A DNA stretch of 64,000 nt from Ginglymostoma cirratum (Eukaryota). The stretch covers positions 14,053,250 to 14,117,249 of the forward strand of contig JAHRHZ010000002.1 in assembly GCA_024137785.1 (NCBI GenBank), written 5' to 3'. A program made the translations under genes and the position numbers. The notes beneath the pieces were generated by a model. It did no database searches, was not told where the DNA came from, and worked only from the letters and a program-made list of their open reading frames with translations. Numbering within the stretch: the stretch's first letter is position 1; every line of letters begins with the position of its first letter. Of the stretch, positions 51,801 to 64,000 are shown piece after piece.

Positions 51801-54800
51801 CAAATACCAAAGACAATGCTTATTTAGAACTACACATAGGTTTCACACAACTGTAGCTTCAAGTTCTTCAGGTTTTAGATTTTTTTAAAACTGAGCTTAG
51901 CCTTCCGCAATTTGGAGCGCCCACTCCTAGCATTTAATCGGTCACGTCGGGTCTTGACATTCAAAAAGAAGATCCTTACATTGAGGTAGAATTGATTTTC
52001 CAAAAATTCACAAAAAAACACACTCTGCCTTTCTGAAGAAACTGTTAAATATATTTATCTTCAGCAAATGGATACGAAAAGCTTTAAAACATTTACAATG
52101 TATGGTATAACGCAATTTTCAAAACCTTCTAGCTGATGTCCAATGCATCACATGCTTTAGTTTATGCTGACGAAACTTGACCAGCGTAACTAGAATCCGA
52201 CAGGGCTTCGTGCAACTATCTATCTCTTGTTTCTTTCCAGTGAATTACCATGGCTCCAGAGCAATTTAGAGTTAATCATTTAGGCTCTTCAACAAACAAA
52301 ATTCTATCAATAATTCACTAGTTCAGAGTCCAAAAATAAAACAAATAAATGACTGAACTACACAGTATCTTGCTTTCCATAATTCTCGGTCTACTACATC
52401 ATGCAATGTCCTTAATAGCGAGCAATACCTCCAACATCATCTTTCAAGGTACACTCACAACTTAAAAATTATAGGTTTTGAGATTTATTCTCTACTGAAA
52501 CAAAAGCAAGTGTACATTTAATGAAATATTTTTAATCACATCCAATGAATGTGGTCTATATGAATAAGAATGTCTTCCTCATTGCTCGTAGTATATATTT
52601 GACAATTCTCGAAACGAAAAAAAATAGGCTTAATGTTTATATTTAAAGCTTTGTACATTCTCGTTGACATGCGGTTAGAATCTTTTAAAGTAACTAACGT
52701 GCAAATCAATCAACATCTTATGATCATGCAGTGAAAGGGACAAGCACCAATGGCAGCAAACAACATTAACAAGTAAATTGAAAGGCTTCTCATTTGTGAA
52801 CGTTCCAACAACTCACAGCCACCCCGCCACCACCACGCTCGCCACCTCCCCCCCAACCCAACCTCCAACAACTGTTTGCTGCTTCAGGAAATCTTGTGTG
52901 AAAAACCATAATGGTTAACAAATACTGAATGCTATGTTTGGTTTGAGATCGAATATTGGTATCTGAAATAAATTATATTTTAAAAAGTTTAAAGAAATTT
53001 GGAGCTTCCCCAAAGCCTGAGATATATTGTATAAATATGATGGATGAAATGTATCAGTGTAATTTTCTTTACTTTTATTTTATTCAGTTATATTTTTGGA
53101 AGCTCAATAATTCAATTTCTGAACCATTTCCCTATTTAACAGATTTCTTATCTTCATGGCAAACTTAATGTCTCTGATTTTATTCATGAGACATTAGAGA
53201 AACATAATAGGATGTTCGACCGGCAAAAATACAATTTTGTTTGCAAAAAGTGTTTGTCGTGCACAGTGTAGTCGAAACTACCAGGAAATTTTACAAAAAA
53301 TAATGTTTTATAAATCCAACTGCAAGCTCTCAAGAATCCAATTCATTCCTTTATCGAACACTGTATAATTATGCTGGTTTGCAACCTCCCTGTATAAACT
53401 TAATTAATATTTACACTTTCACTAATCCATCTGGAAGACAGATGCTATCGTAAATATGCAGAGGTGAGAAGCAGGCTTCAGCATCACACAATTTCTGTAA
53501 TTTTTCTCTTCCATGATGCAAAACGAAATTGAGTCTTGTCATCTTTGAAATAAAGTATGTAGAATTGAAAAGACTGTTTTCTTTACTCTGAATATCCTGA
53601 GCGATAACTCCTTCACATCATATTTCAAGGAAATATTTTCAGATTAAGTACCGCTTCATTTTTAATACCCGCACATATTTCTGAAAAACAAACCTTTTTT
53701 TTCTGGAGCGTCTTTGCACATTCTTATTCCTGCAATAAAGTTTTCATTTAACATCCAGGAATTGACTTTGATATGTATACTTACCTTACACCGGAGGCAT
53801 GTTAGCATTTTTTTTTGTAGACTTTCATATGTATTACTTTGCCATTCTTCTGTTTAGTCTCTATATCGTATACATCTTCCATCGACGGGATTTCCATTCT
53901 CTAAATTCCACGTGTATCCTCACGTATCCACATCACCCCCTAAATTGTAAATGCTTGATATCTTAGACATCTACAGGAAGTGTTGTTTCTTCGATCATCT
54001 TAAGCAACTGCTTATCTTTCTGCTTACGTTCGAGAGCACTGTATTGTTCTCTTTCGCCAACTTCAATTATCTTCTGTCCTTTACTTCTTTCTGACTCAAA
54101 TTTCTTCCTTTTTAAATTGCAGCTTTTCCTTTTTCAGCTGTGACTTTCCAATTTCAGGTTTCCGTTTTTCTCATAAAAAAAGTCTCATGTCTAGAAAACT
54201 TTTTTTTTTACTTTGACCTTAATTTATTTATCAATTACTTTAGTTTACAATTAGTGGAAGATTTGGAATAAAATTCTGTTGTATCTTTTACATCCTGATA
54301 ATTCTTAGGAACATTCGAAGCCATTTTTAAGTGCCTTAGCAGTAAACCTTAATACAAAACGACCGTTTACTAAATAAAGCAATCGCATAGCCGATATATT
54401 AACAAGAAATCCACGACACTTCTGAAATGTTATACTTTCAAAATTTAGATGAATGCGTTGCTGGATCACATCGCTAATGAAACAAAATGATGTATTTCAG
54501 CTGATAATACTTCACTGTTATAAAAACAGTTTATTGCAAAAAATATTAAGATAGCGGAGAATAAATAAATACATCGCATAAGACGTATGTATAAAGGCTT
54601 TTAGAAACACTGCAAACTCTAATCTCAATAATGACAACAACACACCTTTCCAGTACTCAAACATCAAAGAGTATTCTGTTTCCGATCATGCACAGTAGTT
54701 GCCTTTTGCTGCGTTTACAACTGCTCCTTAGTGTCTGGTTGCCACTTCCTTGAACCTTAGTACAGACATTCCTCATTTACGTTTCTTTTGTTTTAATTGC

Positions 54801-55379
54801 TGTTGTTACAGAAATAACTAGAAGTTGTAATTAACCTCCTTGACACATACAGCATACCAATATGCCACTGTTACAAAATCAAAAAAGTGTATGTTATATT
54901 GCAACATAGGTGAACATCTCAATTTATGCCACAATAAAAACAAAATAACTTAAACATACTGTATAGATATATGGGTGGAGAATTTGGAGAGTGTGAGGAA
55001 ATATAACAGCTTTGAGAGGAGAATCATAGTAATCCTTTGGTCCATTGGGACTGTGGGGACTTTGCCCTTTTTACAATTTTACAATTGCTTCACGAAGATT
55101 AAAGAAAAGACTTCAACCTTAACAGTGCTCCTATTATCAACAGGTATCTTAGTTTACGAAGACTCAGCATGAATAAAAGCTGCAGATGCATCATCAACTG
55201 GTGTAGATATAGGACTGTTACCATTCCTAGGTGATGGAAATCATACAGCAATTTAGTATGCATTCGTTACTTGGTGTGCACCCCAGCAAAGGAACATTTA
55301 TTTGAGCGTTAAATTTTGGAAACTGTGTTGGTTTGTAACAAAATTTCAGATTATGTCCTATGTCTAAAGTCAATCATTG

Positions 55380-56080
55380 AATTTGTTTGCATGTGTCATT
55401 TAATCGTTTAAATGCTAAACAACCAGCAAGAATAACATCAATAGAACAAACACTTTATGTCAACGCAGCATGGTGCTTAAGGTGATTATGTCTAAGGAAA
55501 CGGAATCTGCATCATTGCATTTTCATAGATTTCTATTCAACAAACTATGCTGGAATTAGAATCCAATATTGCAGCTGCTGGAATTCACTGGCCTGTCCTA
55601 ACAAAAGCCATATTTCCGAGATTGATAACTCGTATTTAAAAAGTCGGCTTATGAAGTTAGGTTAGACTTGAAGGGATTATTTTCGTCAGAGTTTGGAAGA
55701 ATGAGAGGTGACTTGACTCAATATGAAACAATATGGATGGTTCTGAAAATGACGATGTGGAAATAATATTTCCTCTGATACACCATATGGGAACTTGTTG
55801 GCATTGTTTAACATTAGGGGTGCCCCCTCTTAGTGCGTAACTTAGAACATATTGCGTTTTTTGCAGTGGCTTTTGTGATTTTGTAAGCACCTACATTCAA
55901 GGTGATTTAGGTAAACTCATTAAAAATGTTTAACACAATTATATGAATTCAAGAGTCTCAACGTTTATCAGAGGCGAATTGAATGTGAAAATTGAAACAC
56001 AATCGTATCTGAACAAATCGAATGGTGGAGCATTCCCAAATGGCTGAATCATTTCTGACTGTTCTGCTTTTGAACGTTCG
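55380..56080 (+). mobile_element. Degraded CR1 3' fragment
   Basis: tcagagtttggaagaatgagaggtgacttgactcaatatg (RMRGDL). Confidence 0.6.
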
Positions 56081-56714
56081 TGTAATTGGGAAAAGGTTTG
56101 AATGTCAAAAGACATAGACAAAACATGCAGGCAAGATTTGCTACAAATGATTCGATCGTTAAACTACAGTTAGCAGCCTTGCCATCTTAATGACTTGCTC
56201 ATATCCAAATATAGACTGGATGTTGTTCAAAGAATGCATCAATATTAATTAAACCTAGCAAATTTTCATTGCTTCTGAGTATAAACTGTGTTGTATCCAT
56301 GGATTTAAAGATCATAAGAAAATGTTTTGCTGATGGCAACATCTGCAAGATCAATGGTCCAGAAAAGTATATTCCATTGTAGCGAACATGGGCCAAAAAA
56401 AAATGAAATCAGCCAGATATCAAAAAGTCCAAGATGTGAAAATTAACGCTGTGAGCTATACATGAATACAAAAGCTTTGTTGATGTAAGATTTAATAAGA
56501 ATCAAACCTTGAACAATGCATTTATACAGCATATATCATTGGTCCAACGCCAAAACTAAATTTTCCGCATGATCAAGAATATGCTTTGGACACCATTGCA
56601 GCGGATGTTTGATTTTGACCATTTTATCTGACTTTATAGATGGGCAGTATTGTTAACTTTTTTTTCGGTTCGGTGGTAGTTTAATAGTTAAAATCATTAC
56701 TTTGTGTGAAGTGA

Positions 56715-57040
56715 ATGCAATTGCCTGGGCCATAATTTATCAACTATCCTGAATTGCCCACGACACTTTGAATAGTCAGTCACATTGCTGTGGTTCTGAT
56801 GTCAAATTTAAGGCAAATCAGGAAAGGACGCCAGAATTGCTACCCAAAGAGGACATGAGTAAAAAGATGGAGTTTTGCAAAAATTGACATTGTAACATGT
56901 TCGCCAACTGGACTTTATTTTTATGATTCAATATTCAATCCCATTTTTGGAACTCCTATGTTACGCTATAAAACCAGGTCTAAAGAAGAATATCTTTGTT
57001 TCCTGGGTTACGATTCCAGTGAATTTGAAAACTCACCCGT
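56715..57040 (-). mobile_element. Bipartite SINE-like derivative (head plus tail) of the 22810 LINE family
   Basis: Tail-like ggcccataatttatcaactatcctgaattgccc joined directly to agtcagtcacattgctgtggttctg...aaatcagg (reverse complement of about 22989-23045). Confidence 0.6.
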
Positions 57041-60013
57041 GACAAGTTTCTAAAGCAGTCTTTCAATTAATTCACCAAATTTCACACATTGATGAAAGCA
57101 CACAGTTTCAAACCTAATTACTGACACCAAAAGTTAATTGTCGGAAGATTTTTTTTTGAGGGAGGAACATTGTGTGGGCGCAGTAAAGTTCTATGCATAG
57201 TGAAGTGAAGGGGGATGTCTGCTTTTATAGTCACTAGAAAGGCAGTCAATTTAATAATATTATTTTCTTGGTTGCAACTGATGTATGTTTGCCTTTCAAA
57301 TGAATTTGCATTTTGTCGAATTGAGCATAGAAATAACAATCAGAATGAATTTTTTTGGGTCGTCAAATAAGCAGTTCATTCAGAACTTGTATCAGGAGTG
57401 GTGGAGTGTACCAATACTTTGATGGGGAAGAGCGCGCTGTAACTGGAATGACGTTAATCATGTGTAAGCTGACGTTATAGAGATACATGAAAGAACTGAA
57501 TCTACCCAATGACAGGGTCGATAGAACAAATGAATATATACGCATGCAATGCCATCGAGTCTGCTTTAATGGTGTCATAAGTAGGCACCCAGAATTCTAC
57601 ACTTTTTTTTAACAGAAAAAACAGTATTTTTAGGAAATTGCAAGGTATTCATGCTACTGAGCAGTAAGTTACAATCAGATGCCATTTACTTTTCATGTTC
57701 GTTCAGTATGCAGGTAGCATATGCACATCTGGCTTCCGTGAACATTTGGATTCATGTTGAATACCTAAATGCGTAGAGCGGTACAGGTCGAGACATCGAC
57801 AGTTAATGTGTAAAATAAAGTAGATCAGTCGCTGTAGGAGAGCATTGCGAAGGTGGAGTACGTTAGTCTACTTTTACCATTAAGTCTCAGTGTTTTGGAT
57901 AAACCAGGAAAAAGATGAGTTTCATTAAAACTAGTTGTCCAAACTGTTAATGAAGATTAAAATAATCCGCAAATATTGATTTATGCCAAAAATTTATGGA
58001 TTATACTGAACACAGTAGCGTTCTGATAAGTCAAATGACATGAATTTAGCAGACGTTTAGACCTAAATATGAAGGGGTGACTAAAAATAAGATATTTGGT
58101 ATAAATAATCCCGATTGCACATATCAGAAGAAATTAATGAATCTAGTCGGAGTATCCCAAAGACCATGAAACAAAAAAAATGTCAAATTCTGCTGTTGCT
58201 GGTTGACACATTTAACAATTCAAGCACTTCTTTTTAGATATACATGCAAATCCTGCTGAAACAAAAAAATGCAGTAAGCACTATTTTGTTTCCACTCATA
58301 TTTAATTTGTAGTCTACACCAGAATTTCAAAGAAATACGAATAAATCATTACATTGGGAATGTGCCAATGTGCTTACCAAGATCTTTACGAATGGCTTCC
58401 AGAGTGGCATTTTCTAAGAAAATAACAAGTAGAATCTCTGTAATTGTGTTGCGAGAAATGTTATCTATAGCACAGTGACATGTTTCGAATAGTTCATCAT
58501 TTAGCTTCTGGTTCTATTAATTTTCATCGAGGTTGTAAGTTTTTGTTTGCATTATGTTGGTATTTCTACTTATGCATCACAAGACGAAATTATTCAAACA
58601 TTGGACGTATTGCTAATGAAATTCCAACTTACATTTTAAAACCTTCACTTAATACCATTTATAATCGAAAGAAATAATTAGGCACACTATTATAATTGGC
58701 GTCCAGCATCCGTTGACTCGACAGTCCTATCGAAGGAGTTGCAACAATTCTGACAAACTACAAATATAATCCATAAAATTCAAAATACGCCTGATTGTCG
58801 AAGAGTTGCGGAAGTAATCTGGCTAATAATTGATTACAACATTGAAAATCTGAGTTTTTAACCATTTGCAGAGTATCAGGAATTCTAATGGAATTCACTT
58901 AGACTGTGAAATCCAGAGTTTGAATTCAACAGGGACCACCTAATCCGTCATCCACTGTGAAACTGAAAAAAATAAAATCACACTCAAGTTCCTGCGAATT
59001 ACATTGCCCTAGATTCGCTGCTTTGGATCAAAATCACTACTTCGGATGTAGATCACTTCAAAAGTTTCTTTCTTCTAGAATAAAGGAATACACTTAAACC
59101 AGATGTCTTTTCGCAGCAGTTTGCTTCTTGTAGGTTAATGATCAAATGCTGTTAGGCATGAGACATGGAAACTTTGTAAGATAATTCAATGACTGAGGAG
59201 GAAGATGCCTAATATAGTGGCATTGGAGGCAGGTACGTTTGTAGAAGGCAGATGGGTCACTGCTAGGATCCCATTTTAGTGACAAAGCAGAATGCCAGGT
59301 AAGCAAGGCTGTACAAAAGCAAGGAATGTTTGCAGCATTGGGAAAAGGAAGTAGAATGCCCTGCCATTCGTCAGGTGTTCTATGGCCGACTAGGTGGGGA
59401 ATAGCTCCACCGTGGGTTGGAAACTGCAGCGTGCTGCTGGGAGATTGGATAACAAAGATGGGATGCTTGAGTGCCATGTGAATGATGTCGACTGGTTTCA
59501 CTTCAGTTCAAATGTGCAAAGAGTTAATTTGCCAGGTATGTCACACACAGATATTAAAGGTGTGTTGTGATACAGGTGGTATATAAAAGAGATGCCAATG
59601 TAGCTGTTAATTGGAACATTACTAGGTTTATTTTGAAGCGCAATAGGGTCCTATTAATACGGGCACATTCAACTGAGTGTTGGTGCTGAAGTCAGGGAAT
59701 GTCATGTCTAAGGGGTGAATTAGGATGCAAAATTCAATTTGTAAAAAAAACTGGGAAATAGAAGTCGGTAGAGAGGGCAAAGTGTGCTTTTATCACGGTA
59801 GTTGGGGTCACTGAAGATGGTGGAGGGAGGGTATCACTGTGCTGGAGTTTGTGGTTTGCTGTTGATTTTGTATCCATTTCAGGTTAGGCCATGCATGATG
59901 GCATTTGGTGCTAGCTTTAATGAAATTTGGAGAGACATAATTATGCCCATGTAATGTTGAATGGGTAACCTGTCTCTTGAAGTAGCTGTAGTCATTATAA
60001 ATAAAAGCTCCAC

Positions 60014-60053
60014 CTAGAGTGCTTTAACATTGACTAGAGTGCTTTAATGTTGA
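60014..60053. repeat. Tandem duplication of a 20-bp unit
   Basis: ctagagtgctttaacattga / ctagagtgctttaatgttga. Confidence 0.9.
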
Positions 60054-60899
60054 CCTGAAGTAGGGGATTTTGGAAGGAAATTCATGTAGTTATTATGGAA
60101 GTGTGGATTGCATATTTGGCCTGAGTTGCGTGGATGAGTACGCAGAAATTATGATTTTCAGGCGATTTGGGGTCAGACAGGAATGCATCGTGGTCGTGTC
60201 AGGATAGAACTGGTGTTCATTTCGTGGGAAGCTGTCACTTTCTGAATGTCTTTAAGAAGTGAATGTTTAGCTTTGGGTGAGCAACTCAGGAATTAGTTTG
60301 GGTGTTGGCCATGACATCACGCATCGATTGACAAAACATCGGCCACTTTTTGCAGGGTTTGTAAATAGGACTTGTGATTTCATAGGCTTGGTTTGTTGTC
60401 TCAGAGTTACGCAGTGTTATGTACTCTCCATTCTAGTTGCTAAATATGCGGTTTAAATGAATTGGAATTATACAAATTCCAATTCAAACTGGGGTCTTGG
60501 GCTTTCATTTTGAAAGTTCCAAAGAATATGTGCCATTCCAAGATTTTAAGCAGCGTGGAGTCGGCTTTATAAAGATATTTGCAGTTTGGCGGTGTACTAG
60601 TACCTTTCACCCTAATGCACGTTTGAAGTTGCTATTGAAAGATATATACAATTCGAACACTGATGGTTAAAATCGGAATAATCCGTCTGTATGCATGGAA
60701 ATTGCCAAGTCGAGAACGTTAATAGATTTTACTGCCATTCAACGGTGCAATGATGGTGATGCTGTGAATGCAGCACTTATTAACTATTTTAAGTCTGGCT
60801 TGCATTGGACGTGATAATATTTAAAATAGATTAAGATTTTAGTTTCATGTTCTACATGCCAGAATGTTAAGAAAATGCGTGTGTGTCTCTTACTTCACT

Positions 60900-62060
60900 A
60901 TGAGTCTTAATCTGACATCTCTCTTAACCATCATTGAAAAATGTTAATTAAGGAAAATGTCACGAATGTTGTAATTACAAAATAGCAATCAGGCACATAA
61001 AATAAAGGGTAGGGGTTCGGCTAACTAAGAGAAAGGAAATAGCTCGGGAATTGGGGTGTTAAGACAATTTCAGTATGCTATTAGTGGAGTTCCACAGAAT
61101 TCAATGCAGCAATCACAATTATTTAGCACATATATACGATACTGCGAAGACAAAAGTGAACGTACAATTGTCAGATATTCAGAGGGCACAAAATAGTGGG
61201 CTGACCAAGGAGGATCAGGCAAAAAGAAATCTACAGAAGAATATAAACAGGTCAAATGAAAGTGTAAATCCTGACAGTAGAAACACAATGTGTTCAATGT
61301 GAGGCTATACACTTGGGCAAAAATATTAGATACAATCAATATAATTTATTTGGAGAACGGCTGCAGAATATTGCAGAAAAGAGGAAATTGACGTCGTCGT
61401 ACATGAACTAAAGAAGATGAACAAAGAATTTCGGCAGATAATAGGCAAGGCACATTTAATACCAAAGCTGTATTTCAAAGGGGATGGACTATCTAAAAAG
61501 GCACGTGATGTTAAATCTATGCGAGTCATGAGTTAGCCCACACTTCGTAGTATGAAAATAATTGGTCACCTTATCTGATAAAAGGCATATTTGCATTGCA
61601 GTGAGTCCACAAGGTTAACTAGGTTGATACTAAGTATCAATTTTATAATGAGGAGAGGTTGAGTAGGATTGGCTGACGCTGGTTGGAGTTCAGTAGAATG
61701 ACAAGCGAGGTTACTTAAATTGGAGACTTTGCAGGGTAAGTGCTGAAAGTTTGTTTCCCATTGAGGAAGATAAAACGGTACATTTCCAAAATAAGTTTTA
61801 CCTATTTGTGACAGCAAATGTGGAGAAATTTCTTTTCTCGGAGGTTATTGAATCTGCGGAATTATTCACTGTAAATACTGATAAGGTTATGTTGTTAAAT
61901 ATAAATCAAGAATGAGATAGGTTTTTAACCAGTAACAGAATCAAGCATCATAGGGAAAGGAACGAATGTGGAATCTAGGTTTATCAATTTAAGTCATGAT
62001 ACCAGTGAATGATGGGGGAGATGTTGTATGTTCTTATTGCTGTTCTAATTGATATTGTTT
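60900..62060 (+). mobile_element. Degraded CR1 ORF2 3' half and UTR
   Basis: agtggagttccacag (SGVPQ), ctacagaagaatataaacagg (LQKNINR), gttagcccacacttcg, ggagaaatttcttttctcggagg. Confidence 0.75.
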
Positions 62061-64000
62061 TTCTTCTTATTATTGTTTGAATACAGCAAGCTGAAAGAAG
62101 TCAAATAGCAGTTCTGATCGATCGCTCTCATGCAAATGCATGCATTTTAAACATTAACATTTCTTTATTTTATTAGAATGCTACCTCGTGTCAAGTATTT
62201 CCTACGTAGACTAATTTTCATTAAGTAAAACATCTGTGTGAAAAGATATAGCATAGTATCTACTGATAACTTCTAAATGTACCTGTTTTCCATTTACGCA
62301 TCTTATCTTCTGAAATTTCAGAATATTGAAAGAAGATGATCCTCAAAACTTTCATTTGTTCTTTGTTGATTCTTGTGCTCAAGCATGTATGTGCTCCAAA
62401 TTGCTACCACTCCACCCACATTGTTCCACTCTAGCCCCCACAACACTGACCATTTCTTTTATGTTGTACATACCACGTCAGAATGACAAACGTCCAAGCA
62501 CGTCATTTGTTTCTTTTTTTCTTGAACAGTTAAATGTCAATGAAATCTGTAAGCATATGTCAACGAGTTCGATTTGGATTTGTATATCAACAAATGGAAA
62601 TTGAACTCGATAGTGATACGTTGTAGAGTTACGAGAATTCCCAACACCATGTTAACTATCAGCCGTACTGGCTCAATTTGTTATTGCAATGTTTAGGTTC
62701 CAATTCGAAAAAAAAATGTTCATTAACACCGGATAGATTCTGTCCTTTTGAACAATGACATTTGCAGCAGTCGTTACCTTAAATATTTGCTATGCTTTTC
62801 TGCCTGCCGGATGCGTTTTGCTTCATATGTTGCTTTGTCACTTACCATCAGTCTGTAGGTGCTGTTTTAGCTCTGAAGTGATAATAATCATGTCATCTTT
62901 ATCGTTAGGAACAAACGTTGACATTGTTTCTAGCGCAAATTTAAACCACAGAAGCACGGAACATTGCATGATATGGCAAAATTAACATGTAGAGTGTATT
63001 AAATAGTTTGGTAAACACTATTACGTACCTACATCTCTGCGTTTCAGCTCGTCTACTGTTGGGAATAAAGCGAACACGTTATTACATATGAATTTTTCTT
63101 GTACTACTTCTGAGCAGATGTCGAACACGCAGTGACAGCTTTGACATTTTAAAATGGACAAACTGCTACTGCTGAACAGATTGTCCTGTTCCAAATCAAA
63201 ATATCCTCAACTCTACCTAACTAATTCCTACTGTTAGATGAAATCGCTGAACAATATTATTATTATTTATTCATTACCAAGGCAGCTGCCATTGTGAAAA
63301 CTTCATAGCATATTATAACATTTATAACTTACTTCGGATATAACTTCTGTGAATCCCACCATTTGAAGCAATAAGATTGTATTTTTTTCAGTGCTAATGT
63401 CATCCTACTTTTTGAAGATTCTTTTAAAAAGTCTCTCTTTTTTTCCATTGGACTTAGTTGCTCATGACTTTGCCAGTGTATTTGCCAAAATCTAATTACA
63501 GTTCAGAGATTTGTGCGGGCTACCTTTTTGACGATTTTTAGCCCATGTATTAGTTACACCCACAGTACTGTTACAAAGATCTCCGGAAATTCACACGATG
63601 TACAGTTGAGGATTGGTGACAGAGTCTGAAGGCACAGCTGTGTGTTTAAGGGGGGACTGTATATTTAGTGATTTTAATGCGTATCTTCTGCTTTTGTCCA
63701 CCGGATGGTAAATGTGTAGATTTAGAACGTGCTGTTGTGGAAACCTAGAGAGTTGTTTTCCTTTTCTGTATGTAAATTGTTACCTTTCAGAATCCGTGCT
63801 GGATGTATTGGATGATGACCGCACGTCAGACTAACTGACTGAGATAAGCTTGATAATACAACATTCCTTGTCTGATTTTGGAACAGCTCGCAAGCATGAA
63901 AATAAAAATCTTCCATCATACCCTACAATTGACTCTTACAGTTGCTGGCCAGACTTTGCAGTCAAGAGTTCTATAATTCCTCGAATAACGACACACTGTA

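Noticed and set aside
59142-59501. VDIIHMALKHP resembling Harbinger transposase IDCTHVAIKAP
   Set aside because: Other HARBI1-type motifs are absent or out of order; insufficient support without a profile search
1-64000. Prokaryotic-type systems (operons, CRISPR arrays, defence loci)
   Set aside because: The sequence is vertebrate repeat-rich DNA with no long intact ORFs and no regularly spaced repeat-spacer array

Overview
Eukaryotic, AT-rich, repeat-dense non-coding DNA (intergenic or a large intron), most likely from a shark (elasmobranch). The taxon call rests on an HE1/V-SINE copy and shark-type CR1 and Penelope repeats recognised from memory. I found no convincing host protein-coding gene, rRNA, tRNA gene, CRISPR array or prokaryotic system. 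The recognisable ORFs in the track are retroelement fragments or their antisense shadows. Contents: several CR1 LINEs (one young 3 kb copy with an 11-bp TSD nested in an older Penelope-like element), Penelope-like element (PLE) remnants, RTE/BovB-like LINE fragments (one with a twin-priming-type 5' inversion), an ORF2-only LINE with a tRNA-like head plus internally deleted SINE-like derivatives, SINEs, and a 400-N gap. The most interesting signal is a set of short (about 120-320 bp) PLE terminal-repeat elements carrying a minimal hammerhead-ribozyme motif (CTGANGA-stem II-GAAAC-GTH). They occur as solo, tandem and head-to-head palindromic insertions, several with 10-16 bp target-site duplications. 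All family assignments were made by eye and repeat boundaries are approximate.
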